64,000 nt of DNA, from assembly GCA_009914755.4 (NCBI GenBank), contig CP068257.2, forward strand, positions 17,088,001 to 17,152,000, written 5' to 3'. The translations under genes and the position numbers were made by a program. This document shows, piece by piece, positions 1 to 13,348 of the stretch; position 1 is the first letter of the stretch; each line of letters begins with the position of its first letter. The notes under the pieces are model-generated. The model was not told the origin of the DNA and ran no database searches. It was given only the letters and a program-made list of their open reading frames with translations. Source of the stretch: the human T2T-CHM13v2.0 reference genome, Homo sapiens.

Positions 1-1075
1 GAGAATTTATGACAAAGACCTCATAAGCTCAGGCAACAAAAGCAAAAATAGATAAATGGGACTATTAAATTAAAAAGCTCTGCATAGCAAAGGAAAAAGT
101 CAGCAGAGTGAGAGACAACCTGTACAATGGGAGAAAATATTTGCAAACTAATCATCCAAGAAGGGACTAATATCCAGAATATATCAGGAACCCAAACAAT
201 TGAACTGCAAAATAATAGAATCCCATTAAAAAGTGAAAAAAGAACATTTTTCAAAAGAAGACCAGTATAAATAGCCAACAGATACATGAAAATAAGTTCA
301 ACATTACTAATGATCAAGAAAATGCAGATCAAAACTACAATAAGCTATCACCTCATCCCAGTTAGAATGGCTACTCTCAAAAACACAAAATATAGCAAAT
401 GCTGGCAAGGATGCAGAGAACAGGGAACTCTTATAGACTATTGGTGGAATGTAAATTAGTATAGCCATTATGAAATACAGTGTGGAGAGTTCTCAAAAAC
501 TGAAAATAGAATTACAATATAATCTAGCAATTTCAATACTATGTATTTATCCAAAGGAAAATAAATCAGTATATCAGAGTAATACCCGCACCCCAATGTT
601 TTGTGGAGCACTACTCACAATAACAAAGATAGGAAACAACCTCAGTATCCATCAATGAACAAATAAATAAAAAAAGTTATAACTTTATGGTATAAAATAA
701 AACATAGTATATATAACATTTATAGAAAGCGCTCTCTCTCTCTGTGCATGTATATGGTTGAATAGTATTTAGCTATAAAAAAGAATGGAATCCTGTCATT
801 TGCAGTAATGTGGATAGAACTGGAGGTCATTATGTATAAAGTAAAATAAGCCAGGCTCAGAGAGATATCACACATTCTAGCTCATATGTGGGAGCTAAAG
901 AAGTGTATCTTGTGGAGGTAGAGATTAGAATGATAGTCACAAGTGTGTAGAAAGGGTGGGGAAGTGGAAGAAGCAAGGTTGGTTAATGGGTACAAACATA
1001 CATATCGATAGCACAGAAGGCTAATTATCTATAATTGTTATCTATAACAACAAAGTAATTTTGGAATATAGTAAT
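1..1075 (+). mobile_element. L1 (LINE-1) 3' fragment: ORF2 C-terminal region and 3'UTR. An older primate or mammalian subfamily, truncated by the window edge.
   Basis: Collinear with the L1 3' end. It reads ...cagttagaatggctactctcaaaaacacaaaatatagcaaatgctggcaaggatgcagagaa..., continues through the ORF2 C-terminus and into the 3'UTR (...ggttggttaatgggtacaaa...). The ORF at 470-658 encodes an L1 ORF2 C-terminal remnant (LAISILCIYPKENKSVYQ). Confidence 0.85.
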
Positions 1076-3124
1076 TTTTCTCACTGTTTAAAACATAAGA
1101 TATGTCTGTGGATCTAAGGAAAGTTGTCTAAGATTCATATGATTTAATAACATCCAGATACTTAACCAGGTACACTTAGGAATTTATGTTGAATTGTACA
1201 ATATTTTGAGAAAAAATGATTATTTGCTAAATAGTGTGAGAATAACTTTCTAGAATATATGATCAGCAAGTGCAAGGATTATTTTCTATTTTGGTCAATG
1301 CTATGTCTTCAGGGCCTAGCATATATCGACAATAAATAATTGTGAGATGAATAAGTAAATCCTAAAATTCCAAACCATTTCAATTTAGTGATATAAGTTT
1401 TTAAGCTTTTACTGCAACTAGCTTTTGCCCCTTGCAAATATCTGAGATATATCCTATAATGGGTAAATACTTACAAGTTTAAAATGTTTTTATATACATA
1501 GGGAATTAAGACTTTTTGCTTAAACAATTCTCATATCCTTGTAATGAGTCAGAAATTTGTATCCCTAATTGACAGTAGAAGATTATGGATAAGGCAGACT
1601 CTGAATGGTGCTCAACTAATAGTCATTCTCTTCTTCCTTAGAGCAACCTCATTTGGATGGAGCAGCAAAGTGCCAACTGGAAGACGTGGAATCCCAGCTT
1701 CTCTTACAGTGTGTGGTGGCCCCTGACAAGAAGGTTCTTACCTGTCAGATATGGGTAGATAAATTTGGGGTTTTTGTCTTTTCAAAGATATAATGTTTTT
1801 CCTTGTCTTGAACTTATCCTTTTACCAGCCCTTCTTCCCCACTGGAACCCAGCCACAGTGCTTGAAATGCACGCCTCTATACATTTTAAGAAAAACAATC
1901 CTTCATTTTGTTTAACCCATTTTATTGTTTTGATGATATATTTGTAGTATGTAGCTGAACTTACGCTTAACATAGGCATGGTGGCTTAGAAAGTTATATA
2001 TCTAGCATGGCCAAATCTAAATTGTCAAGTCCATGTTTAAAAACTCAACTTATCCATCTCCACAATTCATGTACTTTTCATAATGCTGCACTTTCTTTTG
2101 AAAGTCCTAGATGCTCAATCCAGTGCTCATCATTAGTATGTCCATTATATACCTTCCATATTTTATATTCTTTCAAATACAACTCCAGGGAAAATAATAT
2201 ACAAAATAGGATTTCAAATAGAAGAATGACTAAAAATGAACAGATCTCAGTGCTCATTTATAAGTTTGTCCTTTAAGATGTCTTCATTGAGTTAAGAAAC
2301 ACCTGGGGCTATTTTAAATGAAAATTGTTTTTTCAAGATTTTTTTTATCATTTAGACCAAGATAAACGCTATGATTTTTTTCTAGCAATAGCAACTTCTT
2401 TTGTTATAAAATATGGTCTTACTTTAAAAAGAAAAATCATTAAAATAAAAATATATTGGCAGAATCCTATCAAAAATGGTTCCTATTAATGACAGATCGA
2501 CATGTTAAAAAATCCTCGAAGTTTTATTTTCAAATTCTATAAGTTATTTCGTTTCTGAAATAAATCATAACTTTATTAAACATGGATGATAGAGTAAAAT
2601 TCATTTTCTGCTTCCAGGCAATACATGTTGGGAGGAGACATAAAATGTATTCATAAAGATAAAAACTTGAAAGTATAGGATGTCATAGGAAGTTCACTGC
2701 ATTTATACTTAGAGATGTACTATAAACCAAGTTCAAACATTAATTGAATGAGCAAGAACAAATATTTTAACTTCCTTAAACTTTGTTCTATCATTTAGAA
2801 AATGAGATCTTGTTATATTTGCCAAATGCTTTGATTTTTAAAAGGTTAAAAAAATTATGCAATTTCTTTGAAAACTGGTAGACCTATAAAACATATTAGC
2901 TATGTTTGAATACAAAAAATAAATTAGAAAAATAATTTAGTTTTATATTTATTATGACAGTCTTGAGGTTGAGACGATTAAGACATGATACTAAATAATT
3001 AACTAAAACAAAAACCGAATAATTACAAGATATCTCTAAAAGTTTAATGTTGCATCAAACACCGTGTGTTAATTTGGATCTATACATTCATACTTTTAAA
3101 AATGTATAGGTTTTGTTTTTTAAT

Positions 3125-3660
3125 TTTTAATTTTTGAGAGTACATAGTAGGTGTATATATTTATGGGGTATGTGAGATGTTTGGATACAGGTATGCAATG
3201 TGTAATAAGCACATCATGAAAAATGAGGTGTCCGCCGCTCAAGCATTTATCCTTTGTGTTACCAACATTCCAATTATACTTTCAGTTATTTTAATATGTA
3301 CAATTAAATTATTTACTATAGTCACTCTGTTGTGCAATCCAAAACTAACTCTTATTCTATTTTTTGTGTGTACCCATTAACCATCCCCATCTCCCCTCTA
3401 CCTGCCCCCAATACCCTTCCAAGCCTCTGATAACCATCCTACTCTCTGTCTCCATGAGTCCAACTGTTTTGACTTTTAGATTCCACAAATAAGTGAGCAC
3501 ATGCAGTGTTTGTATTTCTGTGTCTGGCTTATTTAACATGACATAATGACCTGCAGTTCCATTCATGCTGTTGCAAATGACAGGATCCCATTCTTTTTAT
3601 AACCAAATAGTATTCCATTGTGTATAATGATAATATTTTCTTTATCTATTTATCTGTTTC
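3125..3660 (-). mobile_element. Old L1 3' end (3'UTR and ORF2 C-terminus) in antisense. This is the distal part of an L1 interrupted by a THE1 insertion.
   Basis: Reverse complement of the L1 3' terminus. It has a poly-T/AT tract and then gagagtacatagtaggtgtatatatttatggggtatgtgagatgtttggatacaggtatgcaatgtg..., which is the antisense of L1 3'UTR and ORF2. Confidence 0.8.
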
Positions 3661-5850
3661 TGATATGGTTTGGCTCTGTTCCCACCCAAATTTCACCTTG
3701 AATTGTAGCTCCCATAATTCCCACGTTGTGGGAGGGACTCAGGGGGAGATAATTGAATCATGGGGGCAGTTCCCCCATGCTGTTCTCAAGGTAGTGAATA
3801 AGTCTCACAAGATCTGATGGTTTTTATAAGGGGAAACCCCTTTCACTTGGCTCTCTTTACTCCCACCACCATATAGGAAGAGCCTTTTACCTTCTGCCAT
3901 GATTGTGAGGCCTCCCCCACCACATGGAACTGTGAGTCCATTAAACCTCTTTTTCTTTACAAATTACCAGTCTTGGGTTTGTCTTTATCAGCAAGATGAA
4001 AACGGACTAATACAGTAAGTTTGGAGGGCTCAGAAGAAGACAAGAAAATGTAGCAAAGTTTAAAACTTACTAGAGACTTGTTGAATGGCTTTGACCAAAA
4101 TGCTGATAATTATATGGACAATGAAATTCAAGCTGAGGTGGTCTCAGATGAAGAGGAGAAACTTGTTGGGAACTGGAGTAAAGGTGACTCTTGCTATGTT
4201 TTAGCAAATAGACAAGTGACATTTTGCCCCTGCACTAGAGATTTGTGGAACTTTGAACTCGAGGGAGATGATTTAGGGCATCTGGTGGAAGAAATTTCTA
4301 AGGAGCAAAGCATTCAAGACGTGACTTGGATGCTGTTAAAAGCATTCAGTTTTAAAAAGCAAACAGGGCATAAAAGTTTAGAAAATTTGCAGCCTGGTGA
4401 TGGGATAGAAAAGAAAATTCCATTTTCTGAGGAGAAATTCAAGCCAACTGTAGAAATTTGCACAAGTAACCAGGAGCCAAATGTTAATTCCAAAGACAAT
4501 GAGAAAAATGTCTCCAGGGCATGTCAGAGACCTTTGCAGAAGCCCCTCCCATCAGATGCCCAGAGGCCTAAAAGGAAAAAATGGTTCTCTGGGCTGGGCA
4601 CAGGATCCCACTGCTGTGTGCAGCCTAGGGACTTGGTGCCCTGCATCCCAGATGCTCTAGCCATGGCTAAAAGGGGCCAAGGTACAGCTCCAGTCAGGGC
4701 TTTAGAGGGTGCAACCCCCAAGTCTTGGCAGCTTCCATGTGGCATTGAGTCTGTGGGGGCACAGAAGTCAAGAACTGAGGTTTGGGAACCTCCACCTAGA
4801 TTTCAGAGGATATATGGCAACATCTGGATGTCCAGGCAGAAGTTTGTTGCAGGGGCAGAGCCCTCATGGAGAACCTCTGCTAGGGCAGTGTGGAAGGGAA
4901 ATATGGAGGGGAAGCCCCTAACACAGAGTCCCTACTGTGGCACTGCCTAGTGGAGCTGTGAGAAGAGGGCCACCATCCTCCAGACCCCAGAATCATAGAT
5001 CCACCAACAGCTTGCAAGGTGCCCCCGGAAAAGCTGCAGACACTCAACCCCAGCCCGTGAGAGCAGCTGGGAGGGAGGCTGTACCCTGCAAAGCCACAGG
5101 GGTGGAGCTGCCCAAGATCATGAGAACCCACCTCTCGCATCAGTGTGACTGTGAGACAGGGAGTCAAAGGAGATCATTTTGGAGCTTTAAAATTTGACTA
5201 CCCTACTGGATTTTGGAATTGCATGGGGCCTGTAGTGCTGTCATTTTGGTCAATTTTTTCCTTTTGGAATGGGTTATTTACCCAATGCCTGCACCCCCAT
5301 TTTATCTAGGAAGTAAATAACTTGCTTTTGATTTTACAGGCTTGTAGGCAGAAGGGACTTGCCTTATCTCGAATGAGACTTTGGACGGTGGACTTTTGAG
5401 TTAATGCTGAAATGAGTTAAGCCTTTGGGAGATTGTTGGGAAGGCATGATTGTGTATTGAAATGAGAGCACATGAGATTTGGGAGGGGCCAGGGGTGGAA
5501 TGATATCGTTTGCCTGTGTCTTCACCCAAATTTCATCTTGATTTGTAGCTCCCATAATTCCCACGTGTTGTAGGAGGGGCCCGGGGGCAGATAATTGAAT
5601 CATGGGGGTGGTTTTCCCAATACTGTCCTTGTGGTAGTGAATAAGTCTCATAAAATCTGATGGTTTTATAAAGGGAAACCTCTTTTGCTTGGCTCTTTCT
5701 CTCTCTTGCCAAGTAGTGCCTTTCATCTCTGCCGTAATTGTAAGGCCTCCCCCACCAGATAGAACTGTGAGTCCACTAAACCTGTTTTTCTTTATAAATT
5801 ACCCAATCTCTGATATGTCCTTATCAGCAGTGTGAAAATGGACTAATACG
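3661..5850 (+). mobile_element. Full-length THE1-type MaLR (ERVL-MaLR) element. LTRs at 3661-4015 and 5501-5850, internal region at 4016-5500.
   Basis: Both LTRs begin tgatatggtttggctctgttcccacccaaatttcaccttgaattgtagctcccataattcccacgt... and end ...ttatcagcaagatgaaaacggactaatacag. The 5-bp direct repeat GTTTC lies just outside both ends (3656-3660 and 5851-5855). Confidence 0.8.
4078..4950 (+). pseudogene. 290-aa ORF inside the THE1 internal region. Most likely a chance or ancestral gag-like remnant of the non-autonomous MaLR element, not a cellular gene.
   Basis: It is the longest ORF in the window and lies wholly within the THE1-int region between the two THE1 LTRs. I see no recognisable domain motifs. 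Confidence 0.4.
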
Positions 5851-7640
5851 GTTTCCAAATCTTGGCTATTATAAACAGTGCTGCGACAAACATAGGGGTG
5901 AAGATGTATCTTCCATATACTGATTTCCTTTCTTTTGAATGTATAATCCAGGTACCGCTGGATTATATGGTATCTCTATTTTTAGTTTTTTTGTGGAACC
6001 TCAAAACTGTTCTTCAGAATGATTGTACTAATTTATATTCCCACCACAAGTGTACAAGGGTTCCCTTTTTACATCTTCACTGGTATTTGCTATTGCCTGT
6101 CTTTTGGATAAAAGCCATGTTAACTAGGGTGAGATGATATTTCATTGTAGTTTTGATTTGCATTTCTCTGATGATCAATAATGTTGAGCATATTTTATAT
6201 ACCTATTTACCATTTATATAACTTCTTTTCAGAAATGTCTGTTTATTACCCACTTTTAAATCAGATTATTTGATTTTTTTTCTTATAAAGTTGCTTGAGC
6301 TCCTTATATATACTGGTTACTAAATTGCCAGATGGGTAGTTTACAAACATTTTCTACCATTCTACGGGTTGTCTCTTTACTTTGTTGATTGTGTCCTTTG
6401 CTATGCAGAAGGTTTTTAACTTGAGGTGAACCCATTTGTCCATGTTTGCTTTGGTGCCCTGTGCTTATGGAGTAGTATTCAATAAAGTTTTTGCCCAGAC
6501 CAATGCCTGGAGAGTTTCCTCGGTGATTGCTTGGGGTAGTTTCATAGTTTGAAGTCTTAGATATAAGCTTTTAATCCATTTTGACTTGATTTTTGTATAT
6601 GGTGATAGTCTAGTTTCATTCTTCTGTATATGGATTATCAGTTTTCCCAGCACCATTTATCGAAGAGACTCTCTTCCCCAGTGTGTGTTCTTGGCACCTT
6701 TCTTGAAAATGAGTTCACTGTACAGGTGTGGATTTGTTTTCGGTTTCTCTATTCCATTCCACTGGTCTGTCTGTTTCTATGCCAGTACCGTGTTCTTTGG
6801 GTTACTATAACTGCAGTGTGATTTGAAGTCAGGTAATGCAGTTTCTTCTGTTTTGTTCTGTTTTTTTCACTTAGAATAGCTTTAGCCATTCTTGGTCTTT
6901 TTTGGTTTCATATAAATTTTAGGTTTTTTTTTTCTATTTCTCTGAAAAGTGCCATTGGTATTTTGATAGATATTACATTGAATCTGTAGATGATTTTGGG
7001 TAATGTGGATGTTTTAACAATATTGACTCTTCTAATCCATGAACGTGGGGTATCTTTCCCTTTTTTGGTGTCCTCTTCAATTTCCTTCAACAGTGTTTTA
7101 TGGTTTTTATTAGAGAGATCTTTGACTTCTTTGGTTAATTCCTAGGTATTTCATTTTATTTGTAGCTATTGTAAATGGATTACTTTTCTGATTTATTTTT
7201 CAGATTGTTTACTTTTGGCACATAAAAATACTCCTGATTTTTGTATGTTGTTTTGTGTCCTGCAACTTTACTGAATTTGTTTATCAGTTCTAATAGTATT
7301 TTGGTGGTGACTTTAGGTTTTTCCAAATATAGTATCATATCATCTGCAAACAATGATAATTTTATTTTTCATTTTCCATTTGGATGCCTTTGATTTCCTT
7401 CATTGTTATTCAACATAGGACTTCACAGTACTTGTTGAATATCAGATCAATGCCCCAGAGAATAAAAATGGGCAACCTTATCATCCAGACCTTAGAGGAA
7501 AGGCTTTCAGTTAAGATGTGTATTTTTTGTATTTCATCTACAATTATTAAAATAAGCATAGCTTTTAAGCATTATTAGCATTAAGAAGAATATCTAAAAA
7601 GATAACATATTGATATGTTTATTTCTATAGTATCAAGAAT
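5851..7640 (-). mobile_element. Old L1 ORF2 region in antisense. This is the proximal continuation of the L1 interrupted by THE1.
   Basis: Antisense L1 ORF2 sequence throughout (...tgatgatcaataatgttgagcatattttatatacc..., ...ccagcaccatttatcgaagagactctcttcccc...). It is collinear with the 3125-3660 piece once the THE1 insertion is removed. Confidence 0.75.
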
Positions 7641-7678
7641 TTAGGAAAAAAATAAGGAAATATGCTTTTTAAAAGAAG

Positions 7679-8002
7679 GATAGCCCATACATGGTGTCTC
7701 ACACCTGTAATGCTAGCAATTTGGGAAGAGGGCAGTTTGCTTGAGCCCAGGAGTTGGAGACCAGCCTGGGAAACATGGCAAAACCCACTTTCTACTGAAA
7801 AAAAAACAAAAAACAAAAAAATTAGCCAGGCATGGTGGTACATGCCTGTAGTCCCAGCACCTTGGAAGGCTGAGTTGGAAGGATCAACTGAACCCAGAAA
7901 GCCAAGGCTGCAGTGAGCTGAAATTGCACCACTGCACCCCAGCCTGGGCAACAGGAATGAGACCCTGTCTCAAAAAAACAAATAACGAAAAGAAAAGAAA
8001 AA
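7679..8002 (+). mobile_element. Alu SINE, full-length dimer with an A-rich tail.
   Basis: ...cacctgtaatgctagcaatttgggaag...gagaccagcctgggaaacatggcaaaaccc...gcctgtagtcccagc...ctgcaccccagcctgggcaacag, followed by a poly-A tail. A-rich direct repeats flank it. Confidence 0.9.
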
Positions 8003-11000
8003 GGCTAAAACTATGATTCACTTAATCATACGTAAAATGTTTTACCTTCTAAATAGAGAAGCTACAAAACCTCACAAAAGGACATAATAGGAAATCTGAA
8101 CAATAGAAAGAAGTACCATAATATTGGGCAAGAAGATATATGTTTAAAAGTACCTATTCTTTCAGAATCAATGCATGATTTTAAAATTCTAACTAATATT
8201 CTCTTTTTATAAGGGGAATAATATAAACTATTTTAGAACAGTGAAGAAATAATGGAAAATAAAGTGATACAATAGGAATCATCTCAGTAATTATTCCATT
8301 AGTAACATATTCTAATGCCATCATAATCAAATTAGTATTGTAGTAACAAGCTCAGGTGGCTAGATCAGTGCGCAACACAGATAATTCAGAAATAGGTCTA
8401 AGTGTATATGAGAATGTAACATATAAAACAGGTAATATTTTAATTCATAGGAAAGGACAGTTAATTTTTATAAATTGTGTGGGCATATGTGGCCACATCT
8501 CTGGAGTAAAACTGTGTCACATCTGTAACACATACATTCTGTTTGACTTCAAGTCTCTCTATTGATGAAAACGTGAATAGTTTCAAACTTTGGCAAAGCA
8601 TTTAAAAATAAATATTAAAATTAAAACTGCACACACACTTTTTTTGCCTGTCCGTTGCATTCAATTACTCTATCTCTTGGAGCTGAATTTATTTCTGTGA
8701 GGCTTTATGTATAATTATATTTATTACTGCATTTCTCATAATAGCCAAAAAAAGGAATAAAAGCATACAAATACAGTATATGTCCAAACATGCAATATCA
8801 AGGACTACGTAAATAAATTACATTTAAAATCTGCATCATGGAATAATATCTAAATGTGCAAATTATCATTAATGCATTTCATCTTCTTCTTCTCCACCTT
8901 GAAAATTTTGTGTTTTCCATATATTTTCATCTCAGAAAAAATGCAGACTAAACTTTAAATTTCCCAGGTCCACTTCTTAATTCCATACTCCACAATCCCC
9001 CTTCACAATTGGTATCAATGCTGTTTTCCTCCTCACCATCAATGCTTTCTCAACTATGACTACTTATCATAAATCCAACTATTTATAAGTTTCATATATT
9101 CTAAAAAATAAAAAAAGGAAACAGCATATACAAAGATAAAACTCCCTTCTAAAGTTCTACTGCATCAAGCTGAACTTTCTCTGCTTTTATCGCCTTAGAA
9201 TCCTGTCACTTCTGTTAAAGTCTTCACCAGCCATTTGTTAATAAGGCTCAAGGCACTGGACTAGCCTTTCATAGATCCGCAGAGGCCTCCATAACACCAA
9301 AACCAAGACTCTGCCAGTATTCATGATCTTTGACCTCTATGCATATGACACAATTGACCATAAAGCCTTCTGGAAGCAATGACGCATGAAAAACCACTTG
9401 GGTAGCAGAAAGAGAAAGCACAAAACACATTTTAGAAATATTTAAGTGGCAAAATCAAATCAATTGATGATTGACTGATTGATTACCTAGATGAAGGAAT
9501 TCAGTGACTCACCGGATATCAGATAATGAAGACAGGAGTTATGTGAACCTGCTTTTGGGACTTGGGTAGAGTGTGATACCAGCTGTTTTTCTCCTCACCA
9601 TAAATGCTTTCTCCCTGTGAATCAAAACAGATTTATACCTTATAAAAGAAGGCTAGGATTTACATGGAAGTGATGAAGCATCTGTAAACCTGTGAGATTA
9701 TCAAACACAACATTTTTAATCAGATGTCTATGAGTCCGAAGATCATAGCAAAATATCATAATGTCTATGAAATGGCTAAATTATTCTAGGAGAGATATAG
9801 AGTGTGGTAAAATGTTGGTCAGGAATAGATTTTTGGAAATATCGAAGTTTTATAAATATATATATTAAAAGAAACTCATGGGGAAATAAAAGATAAATGG
9901 GAATTTGAACTGAATATTTTCTATCTGATCCTTTAGATCCTCTTTCCACCCAACTCCACACTGCCCCATGCTTCAGGATCAAAGTCTGGTGACAAGTTTA
10001 TGCCTGCTGTCCCAGTTTAATTATGAATGACACACTTTCTTATTATAAAAATAGTCCTTATTTTAACTGTAGATTATATGGCTATCCAAACCAGGACTCT
10101 CTGGTTTCTCTTTGGCTTCAGCCACTAGAGATCAGATGGAGGAAGGAGAAGGAAGTCAGAAAATTTGTTTCTGTGGCATCCTTTTTGACTTGTTACATTT
10201 GGTTGGTGGTTGTTCTTATTGGCCCCAGCTGATGGAATGAGCAAGTTTCCAGATGATCCCATTGGAAGGGGATATGTGTCTCTTCCAAGATCTTGATTGG
10301 TGCAGGGGTATGGGCAGATCCAAGACAGTGTAGTGTCAAGGAAGTCAAGAAAGAATTTTCCAAGACTTGTGTAATACATGGGGGTGGACAAAGCAAATGC
10401 AACAGGTAGTCCAGCAAGATGAAGAAAAGATAGTCAAAATTATGAACAGTCATAAAAAGTATGGAAATTATAAATTTTGTTTCAGGTAGAGACAACAGAT
10501 AAACATACATTAGGCATAAAATATTTAAAAAGAAAATAGCCAAAAAAACAAAAACTTTTCTGTTTAGTTCAACAATTATTAATGACCTCCTATTCTGATT
10601 TTAGGGGCCATTGTCTGAAGTACACGTAGGGAAGAAATTATAGAAAGGCGAAACTAAGGAAGTCACTATATATATTGATATAATAATTTATTTGAGTTTG
10701 AACCTATTTATACTTACTCATGTTTGGAAAAATGCAAGCAGATAGAGAATTTTTGTGGACACAATATTCCAAACAAACATACTTTTGCCCAGCTTATGAA
10801 GACTTACTTTCACCAAAGTTATAGAAATACTTTGGGATCAATATTTGGCATCATTCAGCAGATATGGAAGGTAATAAGTTGTTTAGCTATGTTTTAATCC
10901 TCTTCTTGGTGTGCTCACTGACTATTATAAGCTGAAAATATGAATGGCCAAAATAAAATAAACTATATGATTATTAGAAACAATACTAATAACTCCTAGA

Positions 11001-13286
11001 AAACAAAGACATACACAAATATCTAAAAACATGGCAAATTGCTGGAGAATGATTGTGGAGAAAAGTTAAATTAGCAGAATGTAAGAAGTTTGGCATTTTC
11101 AGGAATTTAGAAGCCAGAGTAATTAACCAGTAAAGAAAGAGTTAGGTCCTGCCACTTCTTCCCAAGTTCTCATCATTTTTCAAGGATTTGGTACATCTGG
11201 GGATTCTGATAGCTAAGCCCTGTATCCAATTTAGAAAGAGCATCCCTAATGTTAGCTGAAGGCAGTGGAGTAGAAATTTATCACTAAGGAACGAAATGCA
11301 TTCCTTTTGGCAGAAAGCTGCTTAGAGGAATGTATTTTATGTGGTATAAAAGTGCATGGAAATTTTAGTTGTATTTTTCTTTAAATCTATGAAAAACTTT
11401 ATGTCTTTGAGGGATAAACCCTATGCAGCTATTGGGAAAATAGGAAACATCTTAAAGAAGAACAAACTTATCCAACATTGCACACTATTCTGTTTCCTAT
11501 TTCATAGGCTGGGCCACCTGAAATTTTATAACCCAACCAAACTTTAGATTCCTTGCATTTTCATACAGGTCCCAGAAATGGGAATGATACTCTTGCTAAA
11601 ATATCTGCTATTCGGAGTCTATTCTGCTTAGAAAATTAGCAGAATCAAGGACCATAAATAGATAGCATGTCATCTTCCAGCTTACTTTTGAAGAGATCTC
11701 TATACCATTCAATCTTCTGGGTTTGAATTAGAGTAAATGGTCAATGAATAAAGACAGGAAGAATGGAGAGAGAACAGTATCTGATAACTAAAACCCCCCA
11801 ACAAGCACCAGAACATTTTTCTTTTTTAATAAAATGAGTTCTTCTATTTTCGTTTCTTCTTCAAATTAGTAAAAGAGTTTGAAAGGTACAATTTCAATGT
11901 GCCAAAGTGAAAATTTTCTCCCCTGATTAACAAATACTGTTACTGGCTGTGAGGCAGAAAGTTGTATATAAGCAGTGATTAAATATATAATGGGGTAATA
12001 GTGAAACTCTGGTAAACCCTCACACATTTTAGAGAATGACAGAGCTTTCTAGTTGTCTATGAAGTTACAGATGTGAAGAGCAAACTTTTTTCTTCTCTTA
12101 GAGGGGCTGAGCATGCCATTGTCACCTACTTTTCAGGAGGGAAAGATACTAGAAGAATATTGCTATCCTCTGATCACAAGTCACCCACTGGGTCAGTCAC
12201 TCTTTCCTTAAGGACTTTTGGAAAATTGCACAATTACGGGTTGTCCTTTGCAAACAGCTGTGCTCACGACTTAAACACCGTTTTCTTTTATTGCAATGTC
12301 GGGGTCCTTAAGGAGTCCAGATTATCTTGTTGCTCAGAGAATTAATAAAATTTAGGTAGAGGGGAAGGAAAGTTCATTTTGAAGCCCAATAGGCCTCACG
12401 TTTAAGTCATGTTCTATATTATTTTATTAGTAAAGAAGCTGGTATTTAATCTCCATCTGTTTGATTTCCAAATTTTATCTGTCGGCACGTTTTGAATTTG
12501 TAATAGGCTTGACTGTCAGAACAATATTCACTCCTAAAAATTCAACCACTTTCCACTTATTATCAATTGTGCCTTTTCCTATAATTTCCATTAAAAATTC
12601 ATGGTTTTTGCCTAATTTAATTAATAATTACCAACAATAGAAATGCCAAGTCCATAAAATTGATAGAAATTGGGGTGTTTTGTGGAGTTAATAATTTGGT
12701 TTACTTTTCTCATCTTTCATAGAACTTTCTTAACCATGTAGAATGTTCTGCCACAAGCAGAAGCTCAATAAGTTCTGCTGATTTGTTTTAACAAGTATAA
12801 GATTTGTTTTCTTTTGCCATGCAAATCTGGCTTACTAGAAAAAGCATTGACACAAGAAGGAAGTCAATATTTATGGTCTGAGCATTTCCAGTGTTAATAG
12901 GCTTAAGAGTGTACAAAATGCAGACGACTAGGCTATAAAATGACTTTGTCTTTCCCTAATCAGGAAAAACTACCAAAAATGTAATGTACAAAAATATATA
13001 AACTGAGTAAGCGTGTGCCCTATTGTCACTTATACTTCTGTTTTTCTATGTAAGTCAAAATGTAGCTTATATAGGAACCAGCTAGAAGAATGATGTATGG
13101 ATATTTATAGGGGAAAATCTCATGGTTCTCCAAGGAATGCCTTTCTGTATGTAAACAACTCTTTAAGTTACAAGGCTCTTCGAAAAATGGCATGTTCTAT
13201 TCAATGTAGATTCAATGAAAGAATATAGATTGCCAAAATCATTTTATGAAAAACGATAGCATTATGGTCCCACACCTTCAGGTCTT

Positions 13287-13289
<3 letters not shown>

Positions 13290-13334
<45 letters not shown>

Positions 13335-13348
13335 CACACACACACACC
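13290..13348. repeat. (CA)n dinucleotide microsatellite.
   Basis: Uninterrupted cacaca run of about 45 bp, then catg and a further CA run. Confidence 0.95.
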
